Shown piece after piece: positions 1 to 10,358 of a stretch of DNA of 64,000 nt (positions within the stretch are counted from its first letter, which is position 1; the number at the start of each line of letters is the position of its first letter). The DNA comes from a virus. The notes under the pieces were generated by a model that was not told the DNA's origin, made no database searches, and was given only the letters and a program-made list of their open reading frames with translations. The DNA lies in IMG/VR virus record IMGVR_UViG_3300020192_000009, positions 1 through 64,000 of that record; one strand, written 5' to 3'. The translations under genes were made by a program, and so were the position numbers.

Positions 1-573
1 TCGGGTACACGGGTCGTGGTGAAAGCTGGAAAAACTGCGGTGCAGCTGCATAAGCTGGCGCTTAAGTTGGCGCTTGCGTTTGCAATTCGGCTTGGGAAGG
101 TTATCTGTGCGACGCCTGAAGGCGTTTTGCGCATCGGAGCTGCCTCCGCAGGTGTGAATTTTGATATTGTGCCGCTTTTCTGCCAAGCATTGCGGGTTCG
201 CAACATCGCTACGATTCGCGCAAACCTGCCAGCGATCATCAAGTTGGCTTTGAAGCTGACAGCCTCGTCGGCGGTTCCTGGTTTAGGCCCTGTGTTGGCA
301 ACCATGAAGTTTGTGCCGGGGTTGTCTAAGTTTGCAGGCGCGCCTTTGGCGGCTTCACTTGGGCACGCCGATGATACGTATTTGGGCAATTGGAGCGAAG
401 CCGAGATTGCCAACGAGATTGCAAGCATGGCGGATAGTGAGATCGCCGACGCGCTGGGGCTTCCTGGTGATGAGATTTTCGGCAGGACGCCCACCGTGGC
501 AGGCACCGTGGTGTTCTTCAGTCTTGCAGGGTTGGCTATCGGTTACAGCACTTATACCATCCTGCGTAAATAG
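1..573 (+). CDS. membrane-anchored putative virion protein, probably 5'-truncated by the window
   Basis: Frame is open from base 1; C-terminal hydrophobic helix followed by RK; acidic linker with LG/FG motifs. Confidence 0.5.
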   Translation, partial: SGTRVVVKAGKTAVQLHKLALKLALAFAIRLGKVICATPEGVLRIGAASAGVNFDIVPLFCQALRVRNIATIRANLPAIIKLALKLTASSAVPGLGPVLATMKFVPGLSKFAGAPLAASLGHADDTYLGNWSEAEIANEIASMADSEIADALGLPGDEIFGRTPTVAGTVVFFSLAGLAIGYSTYTILRK

Positions 574-622
574 CAAATTGCGCCTAGACACGGCCCTGTA
601 ATGGCGGTTACTGTTACCGTCC

Positions 623-1345
623 ATGCACAGTACCGTCGTTGTTTTGACGTGTCCCCGTAGTAAGGCCTACCTGTGGGATACGCTTGCATCCTTGAATCGG
701 GCTGGGGCCTGTGAAGCTTTCGCCCCGCAGCACCGTTGGGTGCTTTCCGATGGTGACGCAATTGATGGGCAGCGCGTACTTGATGCCGATTGGCAGCTAC
801 ACCGGTTAGGCGGCGACCCCCGAGGCAATCTGCGGGCCTTTCTCGCGGTGTTCGCTTTCGCGTTACGCGATGTAACCTGTGATCACTTATTGTTCTTCGA
901 GGATGACGTTGTGGCCTGTAAAGGTGCAATTGCGCGCATGCTGCAAACAGGTGTGCCGCACGATTGCGCGTTTACAAGCTTCTTCGATATGAAGGAATGT
1001 CCTTATGGAATGCCGCCACAATTGCACAAGGTCAGCACCATGGGCGCTGATGGTCGTGGTTATTGGGGTAGTCAAGCGATCCTGTGGCCCCGGCGCACAA
1101 TGGAGTATTTGGTAGCACGTGGGCCTGCAATGCTTGAAGGCGGCAGCGCTCACAGTTCAGATTGTTTGTTTGGCTCGCATTTGCTTTTCAGCGCGACGCC
1201 GCATTATGCGCTTCACGTACCTAACTTAGTGGAGCATGTAGGTGATGTGTCGGCGATCTGGACATGGATGCCGAAGGTCAATCGTAAGGCGACAAGCTTT
1301 TTAGGCGAAGACTTTGACGCGTCACTTTTGCCGGTTTGGGGATAG
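623..1345 (+). CDS. GT-A fold glycosyltransferase
   Basis: VVVLTCPR N-terminal strand, LFFEDD metal-binding motif, PNLVEHVG motif. Confidence 0.75.
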   Translation: MHSTVVVLTCPRSKAYLWDTLASLNRAGACEAFAPQHRWVLSDGDAIDGQRVLDADWQLHRLGGDPRGNLRAFLAVFAFALRDVTCDHLLFFEDDVVACKGAIARMLQTGVPHDCAFTSFFDMKECPYGMPPQLHKVSTMGADGRGYWGSQAILWPRRTMEYLVARGPAMLEGGSAHSSDCLFGSHLLFSATPHYALHVPNLVEHVGDVSAIWTWMPKVNRKATSFLGEDFDASLLPVWG

Positions 1346-1349
1346 CTTC

Positions 1350-2198
1350 GTGCCCTACCGATTTGTGCGGCTTTCACGGCCAGATGTAACACCGTTGCAA
1401 GTCTGGGATTTGCGGCTACCCGATGGCAATCCGCTTTGGAGCGCGTTGGGCGCAAGCCACTTGCGCCAAGCGCAAGCTATGGGGCAGACGCCGCATGAAA
1501 TTGCAAATGCGCTTGCACAACGCGTTTTTCGCGCCGTTGAGTGCATTCACGAGACATTCGGGATTCAGCAAGTGCCTACGTATTTGCGGCAAGGCTTCAA
1601 GAGCGTTTGCGTTTACGGGGGTCTTGCATTGCTGCCTTTTTTTCGTGAAGCGCTTGTACACCAGCGTAAACAATTTGGTTGGCATTTTCACGTCTCAAAG
1701 CAGGGGCGGGATTATGCGGCGTATGCCAAGCGTGCAATTTTTGGCAAAGATTGCACGATGCATGTGTGTGACGTGGGGCAAACAAGCCTAAAGCTCTACA
1801 CGCCCCAAAACACACGTGTCATTTGTACGCGGGATCCCGTTCTCGTTCCGTATGGGGCATGCTCCGACAAAGCAAGCTTGACCGCGCAATTCGTAGGCAG
1901 TGCACTTGCAGAATTGTTGTTAACAGCACGGCCAGGCGCGCCGTTGTTGCTTGCGTTGCCCTGCCCGATTGATAGCTCTTTTCGTTTTGGAGCAAACACG
2001 TATGGGTTTGAAGGGCAGGGTTTGCCGTTCGTTACAGAGATTCTTCGCATTGCTAAAGCGGCACCAAACACAACAGTGTATCTTGCAAACGATGCGGAGC
2101 TTGCAGCTGAATGTGCGCGAGAAGAAACGCTCACACTTGGTAATACGCTTGCGCTGACACTTGGACACGGGCCTGGGGCGGCGATCTTACACGGGTAA
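1350..2198 (+). CDS. ROK-family sugar kinase-like protein (start uncertain)
   Basis: DVGQTSLK, ALPCPID, LANDAELAA and LTLGHGPGAA match the ROK/ASKHA motif order. Confidence 0.65.
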   Translation: MPYRFVRLSRPDVTPLQVWDLRLPDGNPLWSALGASHLRQAQAMGQTPHEIANALAQRVFRAVECIHETFGIQQVPTYLRQGFKSVCVYGGLALLPFFREALVHQRKQFGWHFHVSKQGRDYAAYAKRAIFGKDCTMHVCDVGQTSLKLYTPQNTRVICTRDPVLVPYGACSDKASLTAQFVGSALAELLLTARPGAPLLLALPCPIDSSFRFGANTYGFEGQGLPFVTEILRIAKAAPNTTVYLANDAELAAECAREETLTLGNTLALTLGHGPGAAILHG

Positions 2199-2202
2199 TT
2201 TT

Positions 2203-2913
2203 ATGACAGCAGCAGCGGTCTTAGCAGAAGCGCACACAGTTTTTTACAAGCAGCAAGCCATAACACTCGTAGGCCATGCGCACGATCACATTACGCGGAT
2301 TTGGCGTAATACTGGCAAGTTTTACGAGCATCAATTGTTAGAGGCAATTCATGCTTATGATTTGCCCGGCGTCTACGCTGACGTAGGCGCGCATGTTGGC
2401 AATCACGCTGTGTTTTTTGCAACTATGTGCCGGGCCACACAAGTCATTGCATGCGAAGCATCTGCCCGCAATTTACAGTTGTTGTCGCGCAATGTTGTCG
2501 CGCAATCTACAAGCGCAACGTTGCGTGGCGCTATTACTGTGGTGCCACAACCTATGGGCACAGGGCTCGACACTGTTGAGGTCTGCGAGCTTTCGACGAC
2601 AAATACCGGCATGGATTGTGTTTTGCAATCACAAAAAGCCACAGCCCGCCATACGTGGGCCTTAGACAATACGTTATCAGAAGTTGTACAAGGCCAAGAC
2701 CGCGTTGCAGTTCTAAAAATTGATGTCGAAGGCTTTGAGATGCCAGTGTTACATGGCGCACGGTTGACCATTGAAGCTGATAGACCTTTGATTGTTATTG
2801 AAGCCGCAACACCACGCGCGCACATTGCACAAAGTGAATGGCTGTTAGCGCGTGACTACAAGATTGTGGGTCAGTACAATGCCACACCGACTTTTATTTG
2901 GGAGCCTCGTTAA
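2203..2913 (+). CDS. FkbM-family methyltransferase
   Basis: DVGAHVGNH and LKIDVEGFE motifs. Confidence 0.9.
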   Translation: MTAAAVLAEAHTVFYKQQAITLVGHAHDHITRIWRNTGKFYEHQLLEAIHAYDLPGVYADVGAHVGNHAVFFATMCRATQVIACEASARNLQLLSRNVVAQSTSATLRGAITVVPQPMGTGLDTVEVCELSTTNTGMDCVLQSQKATARHTWALDNTLSEVVQGQDRVAVLKIDVEGFEMPVLHGARLTIEADRPLIVIEAATPRAHIAQSEWLLARDYKIVGQYNATPTFIWEPR

Positions 2914-2916
2914 AAA

Positions 2917-3675
2917 ATGCCTGCGCCAAGTGTTTGTGTTTTGCTTATGTGTGGTGGACAACAAACGCGCATGAACAGTGTGCTTACAACGCCTAAACAA
3001 CTTGTAGATGTTGCAGGCGAGCCCAATGTGTTGCGCACGGTTCGCATGTTGCACGAGTTGACAAGTCGGGCGCTTGTGACCATTGCAGCGCCAAAGACAA
3101 GCTTGTGGGAAAGCATTGCGCGTGATGCGCATGCAATACTCAAAGAGCCGACAACGCCGCTATTTCTTGAATCTGCGTTTGCAGCTTTGCCGCGTTTTCC
3201 GTTGCATGTTGTTGATCGCTATTTAGTCCTTTGCGGTGATACCGTTTTTTCGCATGATGCGCTTCGCGCACTTGTACAGCCCAACAACACGCAAGCGTTA
3301 ACATTCTGTGCGCGCTACGTGCCCCACATGTTCACGGGGCGAGACAGTGGTGAGTTGTATGGGTTTTCGTTTGAAGCTGCGAGCTATGGGCAAGTGGTCT
3401 ACTACGTACGCGAATGTCTGGAACGGCTCAAACGCCTAACCCAAGAGCTATCGCAAGTGACAACGGATCCTGAAATCATCGGTGCCGTTCGCGAGCGTAA
3501 CTGTTATTTGTGGTACTTCATGCATGTGTTGGAAGACTTGAATTTTGCGCATGTGCATGACGTAGCTGTCGATGACTACACGGATGACATTGACAGCCCG
3601 CAGGACCTAGCCAATTTGCCAAAGATCATTGCGGCTATGCAGCTGCAGGCCCAAGTGTTAGAAGGTGCCCTGTGA
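2917..3675 (+). CDS. NTP-transferase (sugar/choline nucleotidyltransferase-like)
   Basis: LMCGGQQTRM...PKQL, LCGD, DIDSPQDL. Confidence 0.8.
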   Translation: MPAPSVCVLLMCGGQQTRMNSVLTTPKQLVDVAGEPNVLRTVRMLHELTSRALVTIAAPKTSLWESIARDAHAILKEPTTPLFLESAFAALPRFPLHVVDRYLVLCGDTVFSHDALRALVQPNNTQALTFCARYVPHMFTGRDSGELYGFSFEAASYGQVVYYVRECLERLKRLTQELSQVTTDPEIIGAVRERNCYLWYFMHVLEDLNFAHVHDVAVDDYTDDIDSPQDLANLPKIIAAMQLQAQVLEGAL

Positions 3676-4232
3676 TGCGTGAGGCTTTTATCAGTGCATA
3701 CGGGGATCGCGTTACTGGTGATTCGCTACTTGCATTGCGTTTTGTGCGTACACAAACATACGCAATAACGCTACCCCCCGAGCCGGTGTTTGTTCATGCA
3801 ACAGCGTTGACGCCCAATCGCTTAGTGGTCCTTGAACGGCAAGCTGACAGCCAGCACGCGCATTTGCATACGTACAATCTACGAGACGGCTACTACCCTG
3901 GTGCTGATTTGCGTGTGCGCGTTTACACGCTCGATGATCCGGATCTTCTTGCAATGGTAAGCACAGTGACAGGCACGACACTAAATTGCACACTGCAACA
4001 AGGAACGGCTCCCGGCACAACCGTTGTGCGATTTGATACCGCGCTTGATACCGCACAGGCCCAAGTGATCGTACAGCCTTACGCGGCGAGTTTTCGCATA
4101 GCAGAGACAACTTTCTTGCAGGCGAATGTATGCACCATTCGGACACTCATTACACGAACGCCGCCTGTGCCCATTGAAACAAATATTGAAGTTGCAATTG
4201 TGCGGCATCTGGGGCCTTTACGTGCGCGATAG
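3672..4232 (+). CDS. hypothetical protein
   Basis: Overlaps the upstream stop; beta-rich 186 aa ORF. Confidence 0.5.
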   Translation: MMREAFISAYGDRVTGDSLLALRFVRTQTYAITLPPEPVFVHATALTPNRLVVLERQADSQHAHLHTYNLRDGYYPGADLRVRVYTLDDPDLLAMVSTVTGTTLNCTLQQGTAPGTTVVRFDTALDTAQAQVIVQPYAASFRIAETTFLQANVCTIRTLITRTPPVPIETNIEVAIVRHLGPLRAR

Positions 4233-4246
4233 GTGCGGGTACTGCC

Positions 4247-5941
4247 ATGCAACTTAATTTCGTTTTGATTCAACGTTTGGTGGAGTACAACGCACCAAAT
4301 TGGCACGACGTAGATGATCTACAATGGCTCGCGGCAACGTTCGATAACATTTATGTTGAACCACTTGATAGCTGGTATGCAGCTGCGCAACGTGCGTTTG
4401 CAAACGGCGCCAATGTTGTTTGCTTTTTAGATATTGGCGAGCTTGGCCACAGTGTGGCTGAAGCGCCTGCATGGCGCGCTATTGCACAGCGGGCATTGGA
4501 TGAAAACCGTACAGCGGTATTTATGCCGCATACAGAGCACGCGACTGTGCCCGATGTAACCCTTCCTGCAATAATACGTACGTGCCGTACGTATCGCTTA
4601 CGCATGTTCGTTCGTGAAGTGCCGCAATGCTTGTTGTGGTTCGTTGGTCCCGGGCGTGATGCTTCATTGCTGCAGGGGGCATTGGCATATCGTGGTTTAC
4701 TGGTCGAAAACGTGGAGACTTACGATACATTGCCTCGCAGTGATCGTGTGACGTGGGACAACGTTGCAGATTCGATGTTTACGCGTGTGCCTGCGACGCT
4801 ATCAGATCGTGTGGCGCATACGCTTGTGGATTTCGCGGCTGCGCAAACTGCGGTATCCATCGCATACAAAGCAATGATGGTTACAACGGCGCAAAGCATG
4901 TGCTCAGCGCCAGAAATTATTTTAAAAGCGGAAGAAGTGGTAAAGCGCGATGGCATTACGGTACTCGAAGCGCATCAACGCTATATGCGCTTTTTTGCGT
5001 GGGATCCCGTTTGGTTTGCCAAGCGTTTGGTGTCCGCACAATCAAAATACACGGGGTTCTGCGCTCAACGCGCTTTTCAATTGTTTGCAAACCAATTGGG
5101 GTTCGACATTGAATTGCACGACGGTGCGGCGGCGCAAGCATTGACGGAAGTTACAGCGGCGGTTGCGCTTACTGCCCCTGCGATTGCACAGCAGGCAAGC
5201 GCAGCGTTGATCGCTTGTGGGGCGTTTACTTTCACACCTATAGACCAGCAGGCGCCTACACATGTGATTGCGGATGCCAAGACACACGACCCACGGCATT
5301 CGACAATTTTGGTGTTTGATACAATACCTGCGCGCGGCGACTTCCACGCTGTCACTGCTATTTTATGCGCGCGGTGTATTGTGGTTTTCTCGGAAGCACA
5401 ACGCATAGCATTTTTACGTGTGTTTTCTTTGTTTGATAAGGTTCACGTTGTCCGTTTGTCCGCAACGCCTTACGTAACGCCTGTAACAAAGTTGCCATTT
5501 CATGTGTTCATTGAAGCAGGTACAAATTTGCAGCTATGCGAAGCTTTGCGCGTTCGCTTGCCGCAGATTGTGTTTGTAACGGAGCCCGCGCAGCTTGGAA
5601 GCTGTGTGCTCTACATTGACGCACAATTAAATGAATGCGCGCCTGCAGCGTGGACACCGTTGCGGTTACTTGAAGCCCAAGTCAACGGCATTATTCCTGT
5701 CTGCGTTGGCGTTGGCGCGATACCTGAATACATTAAGTTTGGGTTCTTTTACAAAACGCCAGCGACCGCCGCCGCGTGTGTGTCCGCGATGGTTACGCGT
5801 TGTGCGGCATTGCTCGAAGACGATGGCGCGCGGCAAGCGTTACTTGATAATTTGCCGAACATGACAGCCTTGCACCCTGATATAACGCTGTGGTCCTGGC
5901 GGGCGTTATTCTGCGCATCTGACGGTTACGCAGGCTCGTGA
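4247..5941 (+). CDS. large protein with C-terminal GT-B (GT4-like) region
   Basis: LLEAQVNGIIPVCVGVGAIPE resembles the GT4 'LEA..G.PV....G...E' motif. Confidence 0.55.
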   Translation: MQLNFVLIQRLVEYNAPNWHDVDDLQWLAATFDNIYVEPLDSWYAAAQRAFANGANVVCFLDIGELGHSVAEAPAWRAIAQRALDENRTAVFMPHTEHATVPDVTLPAIIRTCRTYRLRMFVREVPQCLLWFVGPGRDASLLQGALAYRGLLVENVETYDTLPRSDRVTWDNVADSMFTRVPATLSDRVAHTLVDFAAAQTAVSIAYKAMMVTTAQSMCSAPEIILKAEEVVKRDGITVLEAHQRYMRFFAWDPVWFAKRLVSAQSKYTGFCAQRAFQLFANQLGFDIELHDGAAAQALTEVTAAVALTAPAIAQQASAALIACGAFTFTPIDQQAPTHVIADAKTHDPRHSTILVFDTIPARGDFHAVTAILCARCIVVFSEAQRIAFLRVFSLFDKVHVVRLSATPYVTPVTKLPFHVFIEAGTNLQLCEALRVRLPQIVFVTEPAQLGSCVLYIDAQLNECAPAAWTPLRLLEAQVNGIIPVCVGVGAIPEYIKFGFFYKTPATAAACVSAMVTRCAALLEDDGARQALLDNLPNMTALHPDITLWSWRALFCASDGYAGS

Positions 5942-6723
5942 ACAATACCCCAAAGCTGATGCGCGGGGTGGTTCGTTGCTTGTAAGGCTTGCGCAAGTTC
6001 AAAGTTTGTTGTGCATGTTACAGGCACAGCGTGCGCTGTTGCAGGTGAGACAATAACTGTTGCGCCGAACAGCGGTGTCCGCATGGGCATCTTAAACACA
6101 TGCACATGTGGTTCAAGATGCGGTGAACCATACGCAGGTACATGCAAACTTGGGTGTTGTGTGCTGATTAACGCCATGTTTGCAGGTACAGGCGCGATAT
6201 CGTGCAACGGTGGGCCCCACACAGTGCATTTGGCTGTGTCGCGCGCAGCCTGTAGTGTTTCAGGCAGCGTTGCAAAGTGTGCGAAGCTCGCAGCTTGTGC
6301 CAATGGCAGCGCTTGCCACAAGTCACGAGATTGCCAGTGTTCTCGCTGTTTGCGCAATAACGTACGGATCCGGTATTCGTGTGCTGCTGCTGTTAGCGGC
6401 GTTTCGTATTGGCGCACAGGTTGCGCTTTCCAGTATCCCGCAGCCGCGCGATACCAGCGTAGCGCATCTGTGAGAAAATCCAGTTGTTCGCAAATATCGC
6501 CAAGCAAGCAAAACGCTTCGTAAGACGCGCCATCATGCAATGCGCGTAATGCCCATGTCTCTGCCGTATCAAATGCGCCTTGCGCGTATGCTTGATGTGC
6601 CGCATTGAGCGCCAACCTGTGGTGCTCGTCGGCGTAAGCGCCATGCGACACAATGCGGTTTTTACGTGCATTCACAATGGTTGCAAGGCTGCTACTTGGG
6701 TCTTGTAAGGTTTCAACGAACAT
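5926..6723 (-). CDS. TPR-containing protein
   Basis: AETWALRALHDG..EAFCLLGDI..ALRWY helical repeat shared with neighbours; start overlaps upstream stop. Confidence 0.6.
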   Translation of the reverse strand: MFVETLQDPSSSLATIVNARKNRIVSHGAYADEHHRLALNAAHQAYAQGAFDTAETWALRALHDGASYEAFCLLGDICEQLDFLTDALRWYRAAAGYWKAQPVRQYETPLTAAAHEYRIRTLLRKQREHWQSRDLWQALPLAQAASFAHFATLPETLQAARDTAKCTVWGPPLHDIAPVPANMALISTQHPSLHVPAYGSPHLEPHVHVFKMPMRTPLFGATVIVSPATAHAVPVTCTTNFELAQALQATNHPAHQLWGIVHEPA

Positions 6724-7993
6724 TGCGATGTGCCATTGAGGCTGTTGCTGTAACAAGTTCAGGTGCAATGCCTTCGAGTGCGCCGATAGCTTCTCGAATT
6801 TGCGTGCGTCGCGCCCAGCGAAGTTCACCGCCTTCGAGCCATCCGAAACTATCGATCATAGGTGCGCGGCATGCGCAATCGAACCAAAATAGCGCTGCAG
6901 GTAAGTCGCCGCGATCTTCTGCAATGTCGCCTAAGCGGTAGAAGGCTTCTAAGATAGGCCCATCAAGTAATGCGCGAAACGCCCAAAGCTCAGCTTGATC
7001 GAAGTTATCGTCACGGTAGTACAGTTCTGCAAGGCCGCAAGCCAAGACAGCGCGTTCGCCTGTAGCGGGGCCGCGTACTTCGGCAAAGCTGCGAAACTTT
7101 TCTGTGGCTTTTAGGGCTTCTGCAAGATTGCCTTCGCCTATGAAGTGCTTAGCGACGTGAAACGTTGCGTTCAAGTCACCTTGATCCGAATCCGCCACAA
7201 GGGCGGCATGCCCTTCTGCGCGTTGTGCGTCTCTGCGCGCACGTTCTAGGCGCGTTCGCAATGAAGTGTCATGCATGACGCAGATATCATCAGTGATCGC
7301 AACAACTTCGTCTGCAGCATACGAAAAATTCAATTGGTTATGTGTCGCTCGAAACCAGCGATAACGCGTGCGCGCAAGTCGCAATGTATCGCGCATAACA
7401 ACAGTGCCCAAGTTTACGTTGATCTCTATGGCCGTGTACTGCGGTTGCAAGGCAATGCGCAAATCGACGGGCACTTTGCTGAAGTACTCGTCAGTGTCTA
7501 AAATCAAAGCCCATGGTGTTTGCACTTTGGCGCGCCCAATGTTGCGTGCATTGGAAAAGTGCATTTTGTCAGCGGCCCAGTCTTCCGCGCTTAGGCCAAT
7601 GGCTTGCGCATCAAATACATGTACTTCATCCGCAAAAGCCGCTGCGGCTGTATGCGTTGCAGCATCCGAGCGTCCATCAATGCCAACGATGATGTAATCG
7701 ACGTGCACCATTGCCGAATGAATGGCGCGTTCTAGGCCTGCAGCATCAGACCTGACAATCATGTCCAATGTGACTATTGGCGTTTCTGGTGGGCCCGGTA
7801 CGATGTCCACAAAGACACTTGCGTGTGTGCAAGAAAAGCGCACTTTGCCATGTGGCGTGAAGCGTGCGCGTAAGTCGCGAAGCGCAGGCCCGCCGCGCAA
7901 AGGATGCGTAAAAGTGAAACGTGCGGGTGCTTCAAAAACAAAACCCGAAAGCTCTTCGAGCGTTTCGGGTCTGTAGCTTGCGTAAGGGGTCAT
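6713..7993 (-). CDS. GT2-like glycosyltransferase with C-terminal TPR
   Basis: MIVR, IDGRSD, HFSNARN, WALILDTDE, HNQL motifs, then TPR. Confidence 0.8.
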   Translation of the reverse strand: MTPYASYRPETLEELSGFVFEAPARFTFTHPLRGGPALRDLRARFTPHGKVRFSCTHASVFVDIVPGPPETPIVTLDMIVRSDAAGLERAIHSAMVHVDYIIVGIDGRSDAATHTAAAAFADEVHVFDAQAIGLSAEDWAADKMHFSNARNIGRAKVQTPWALILDTDEYFSKVPVDLRIALQPQYTAIEINVNLGTVVMRDTLRLARTRYRWFRATHNQLNFSYAADEVVAITDDICVMHDTSLRTRLERARRDAQRAEGHAALVADSDQGDLNATFHVAKHFIGEGNLAEALKATEKFRSFAEVRGPATGERAVLACGLAELYYRDDNFDQAELWAFRALLDGPILEAFYRLGDIAEDRGDLPAALFWFDCACRAPMIDSFGWLEGGELRWARRTQIREAIGALEGIAPELVTATASMAHRNVR

Positions 7994-8050
7994 GCGCGCA
8001 ATTTACAGCATTGCGTCTGCCGCTGTCTAGGCGGTTACGGGGCTGCGTGC

Positions 8051-8536
8051 TTAGATTTCGATATTGTGTTGCCGTTGGACGAACAAGCGCCCACGTACGG
8101 TGGGGCTGACATCGGTGGCGGAACCCGCGCCATCACGAGCGACAAGAATACCAAAGTGCCGTGTGCCTATTGGCGTGGTGCCAGAAGGTTGGCCTGCGAA
8201 TATTAGAATTTCTGCGGTGCCATTGTCCCTGACAGTTGCAACGGTAAATCGTACGTAAACGCGTTGATTGCGAAAAGGTGTTCCAATGCTGGTTACAACT
8301 TGGCCCGTAATTGGCTGAAACCAGGCCGTCACCTCATTGCGGCGTTTAAGCTCATCAGAAGATCCGAGGGTCAACGCTGCAAGGTCTTCTAACACAGAGC
8401 CGTAAACGTCTCCGGTGTAGCCTACCCTGAATTGCGTACAGGCAACGACTTGGCCAAACACAAGTGTGGCACCCAGGCCATTGTTGACTGTTGTCAGGTT
8501 GATGTTGAAATACAGTTTTTTTCGACGGGTTGCCAT
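8051..8536 (-). CDS. putative virion protein (paralog of 8644-9156)
   Basis: Shares KKLYF, CTQFR, NQRVYV, TPIGTRHF and QRQHxIEI with the neighbour. Confidence 0.55.
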   Translation of the reverse strand: MATRRKKLYFNINLTTVNNGLGATLVFGQVVACTQFRVGYTGDVYGSVLEDLAALTLGSSDELKRRNEVTAWFQPITGQVVTSIGTPFRNQRVYVRFTVATVRDNGTAEILIFAGQPSGTTPIGTRHFGILVARDGAGSATDVSPTVRGRLFVQRQHNIEI

Positions 8537-8594
8537 TGCTTCAGCGTCGTCAATAAAGCGTGATCGGTCAAATATCGCACGGCGTTAGATGCAC

Positions 8595-8635
8595 AAAAGC
8601 CCTTGGCGGCGCGCATTGCGCCTACACCAAGGGCT
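8595..8635 (-). terminator. rho-independent terminator
   Basis: AGCCCTTGG...CCAAGGGCT stem followed by TTTT on the minus strand, just after the 8644 stop. Confidence 0.7.
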
Positions 8636-8643
8636 GAAAGGCT

Positions 8644-9156
8644 TTAGATTTCGATTGAGTGTTGGCGCTGCACGTACAGCACGCCGCGTACGGTGGCGCT
8701 GGTTACGAGATTTGCGGTACGATCTCGAATAACGAGAACGCTGAAGTGTCGAGTTCCAATAGGGGTTGAGCCTTGCAGCTGTGGCGCAAAGACCAAGCCA
8801 TCAGTGATTGCTAATGGAATTGACGCAGGGTTTTCTGTGCCGTTAACGAAACCGGTTGTTGCCGCGATAAACTTAACGTAAACCCGTTGGTTAATGCCTG
8901 TGTTGCCGGGGAATGCGGCAGTTGCAGCGTTTATGGCTACCTGCCCACTTAGCGGACTAAACCAAGCCGCAACACTGTGAAGCCGTTTGCGGGCCGCAGG
9001 GGATCCCGCTACGAGTGCGGGCAGGTCGTCGAGCACCCCGCCGTAAAGATCACCGTTGTAGGATTGGCGAAATTGCGTGCAAGGAAACGCGAGGCCGCGT
9101 GTCGCACCTATAAGGGCTACATCGAAATAAAGTTTCTTTTTGCGAATTGCGGGCAT
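8644..9156 (-). CDS. putative virion protein (paralog of 8051-8536)
   Basis: Paralogy; AAGGAG RBS; followed by a terminator. Confidence 0.55.
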   Translation of the reverse strand: MPAIRKKKLYFDVALIGATRGLAFPCTQFRQSYNGDLYGGVLDDLPALVAGSPAARKRLHSVAAWFSPLSGQVAINAATAAFPGNTGINQRVYVKFIAATTGFVNGTENPASIPLAITDGLVFAPQLQGSTPIGTRHFSVLVIRDRTANLVTSATVRGVLYVQRQHSIEI

Positions 9157-9244
9157 TGCTCAAGCTCCTTGATATGGGAGCCTCAATTAGACCGGTAATT
9201 CGTTAATAAATCAAAATAGGGCAAACGCCTTGCGAAATACGGCC

Positions 9245-10357
9245 TTATTTCGTGAAAAGCGTTCTAGCGTCGGTGCAATGCGGGTACGACGGCGATTGCC
9301 GAGCACCGCTGTTGCCTGTCAATGACACAGCGCCTATATGCTGCACTGGGTTAGGGTACATTGTCGCCCAAAATTTGCCAGGCATTGCCAAGTTGAAAAT
9401 CCCATCACCCCCGTGGGTATCCGTCCACGCATTGTAGACTTCAGATGTTAGTAATTGGTCAATGGTCCGCCGGGTCATTGTCAATGCTACGCCGGTAGCA
9501 GCGCAAGGCATTTGCTGCATTACAATGCGCGATTGATTGCCAATGGAATGAAATGGTTGTGGTGCATTGGAGTACCACGCTAAAACCGCTGCATTTGCAG
9601 GGATTTCAATGTGTTGTAATGCCTCTAATGCATTGGGCGCTAACACAATGTCGTCTTCGAGTACGGTCAGAAAATCCCATTTAAGCATGTGCGCATGTTC
9701 GAGTGCGCGAAAGAACGTGCGGGCCTGCCCCTCGCGTTTCGGTGTTGCTGTCGGCAACCATGTCCAATCGCGTAAACATGTAGGCTGTGGGCCGTCCCCG
9801 TCGATAATGACAGTCGTTGGGCCCTGCCAAATGCCATTGGCGGCAATGCTTTCGGCTGTTGCTGCGAACGTTTCGCGATCTTGTACGGTCATTAGCACAA
9901 GCCCGTGCGTTGTTTGTGCACGAATTGGCCGCTGTTGCGGGTACAGTGTGAAAAACCGGGTTTGCAATTGCTTATGGCGTCTTGCAATGGTTTCCCAGAT
10001 AAGCCCTCCGGTGCAATGCGCGAGGATCTCGCCTGCCGCGTACCACGCTAAAGCGCCTTCAACGTTGTCGCTTAGCAGCGCTAACTCCCCAAGCAAGCAA
10101 AGCGCGTCCACGCGTGGTTGCGTTTGCATTGCGCGTAGGGCCCATGCTTCAGCGCGAGTGTACTCGCCTTGTGCGAAATACGTTGTTGCCAGTTGCGCGG
10201 CAACCTCACCGCGAAAGGCAACGGCTGTGCTGGTTTCGGGTAAAATGTTTGCTCGAAGCTTTGTAGCGCAATCATCGGCGCGTTCTAGTTGTACGTTAGC
10301 TAGGCTTTCACAGAATTGTTGATGCAGGTTTGTTTGCGCTGTTGTCAGGTTTGTCAT
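9245..10357 (-). CDS. TPR plus GT-A glycosyltransferase
   Basis: N-terminal TPR; VLEDD and PNPVQHIG as in 623-1345. Confidence 0.7.
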   Translation of the reverse strand: MTNLTTAQTNLHQQFCESLANVQLERADDCATKLRANILPETSTAVAFRGEVAAQLATTYFAQGEYTRAEAWALRAMQTQPRVDALCLLGELALLSDNVEGALAWYAAGEILAHCTGGLIWETIARRHKQLQTRFFTLYPQQRPIRAQTTHGLVLMTVQDRETFAATAESIAANGIWQGPTTVIIDGDGPQPTCLRDWTWLPTATPKREGQARTFFRALEHAHMLKWDFLTVLEDDIVLAPNALEALQHIEIPANAAVLAWYSNAPQPFHSIGNQSRIVMQQMPCAATGVALTMTRRTIDQLLTSEVYNAWTDTHGGDGIFNLAMPGKFWATMYPNPVQHIGAVSLTGNSGARQSPSYPHCTDARTLFTK

Positions 10358-10358
10358 G

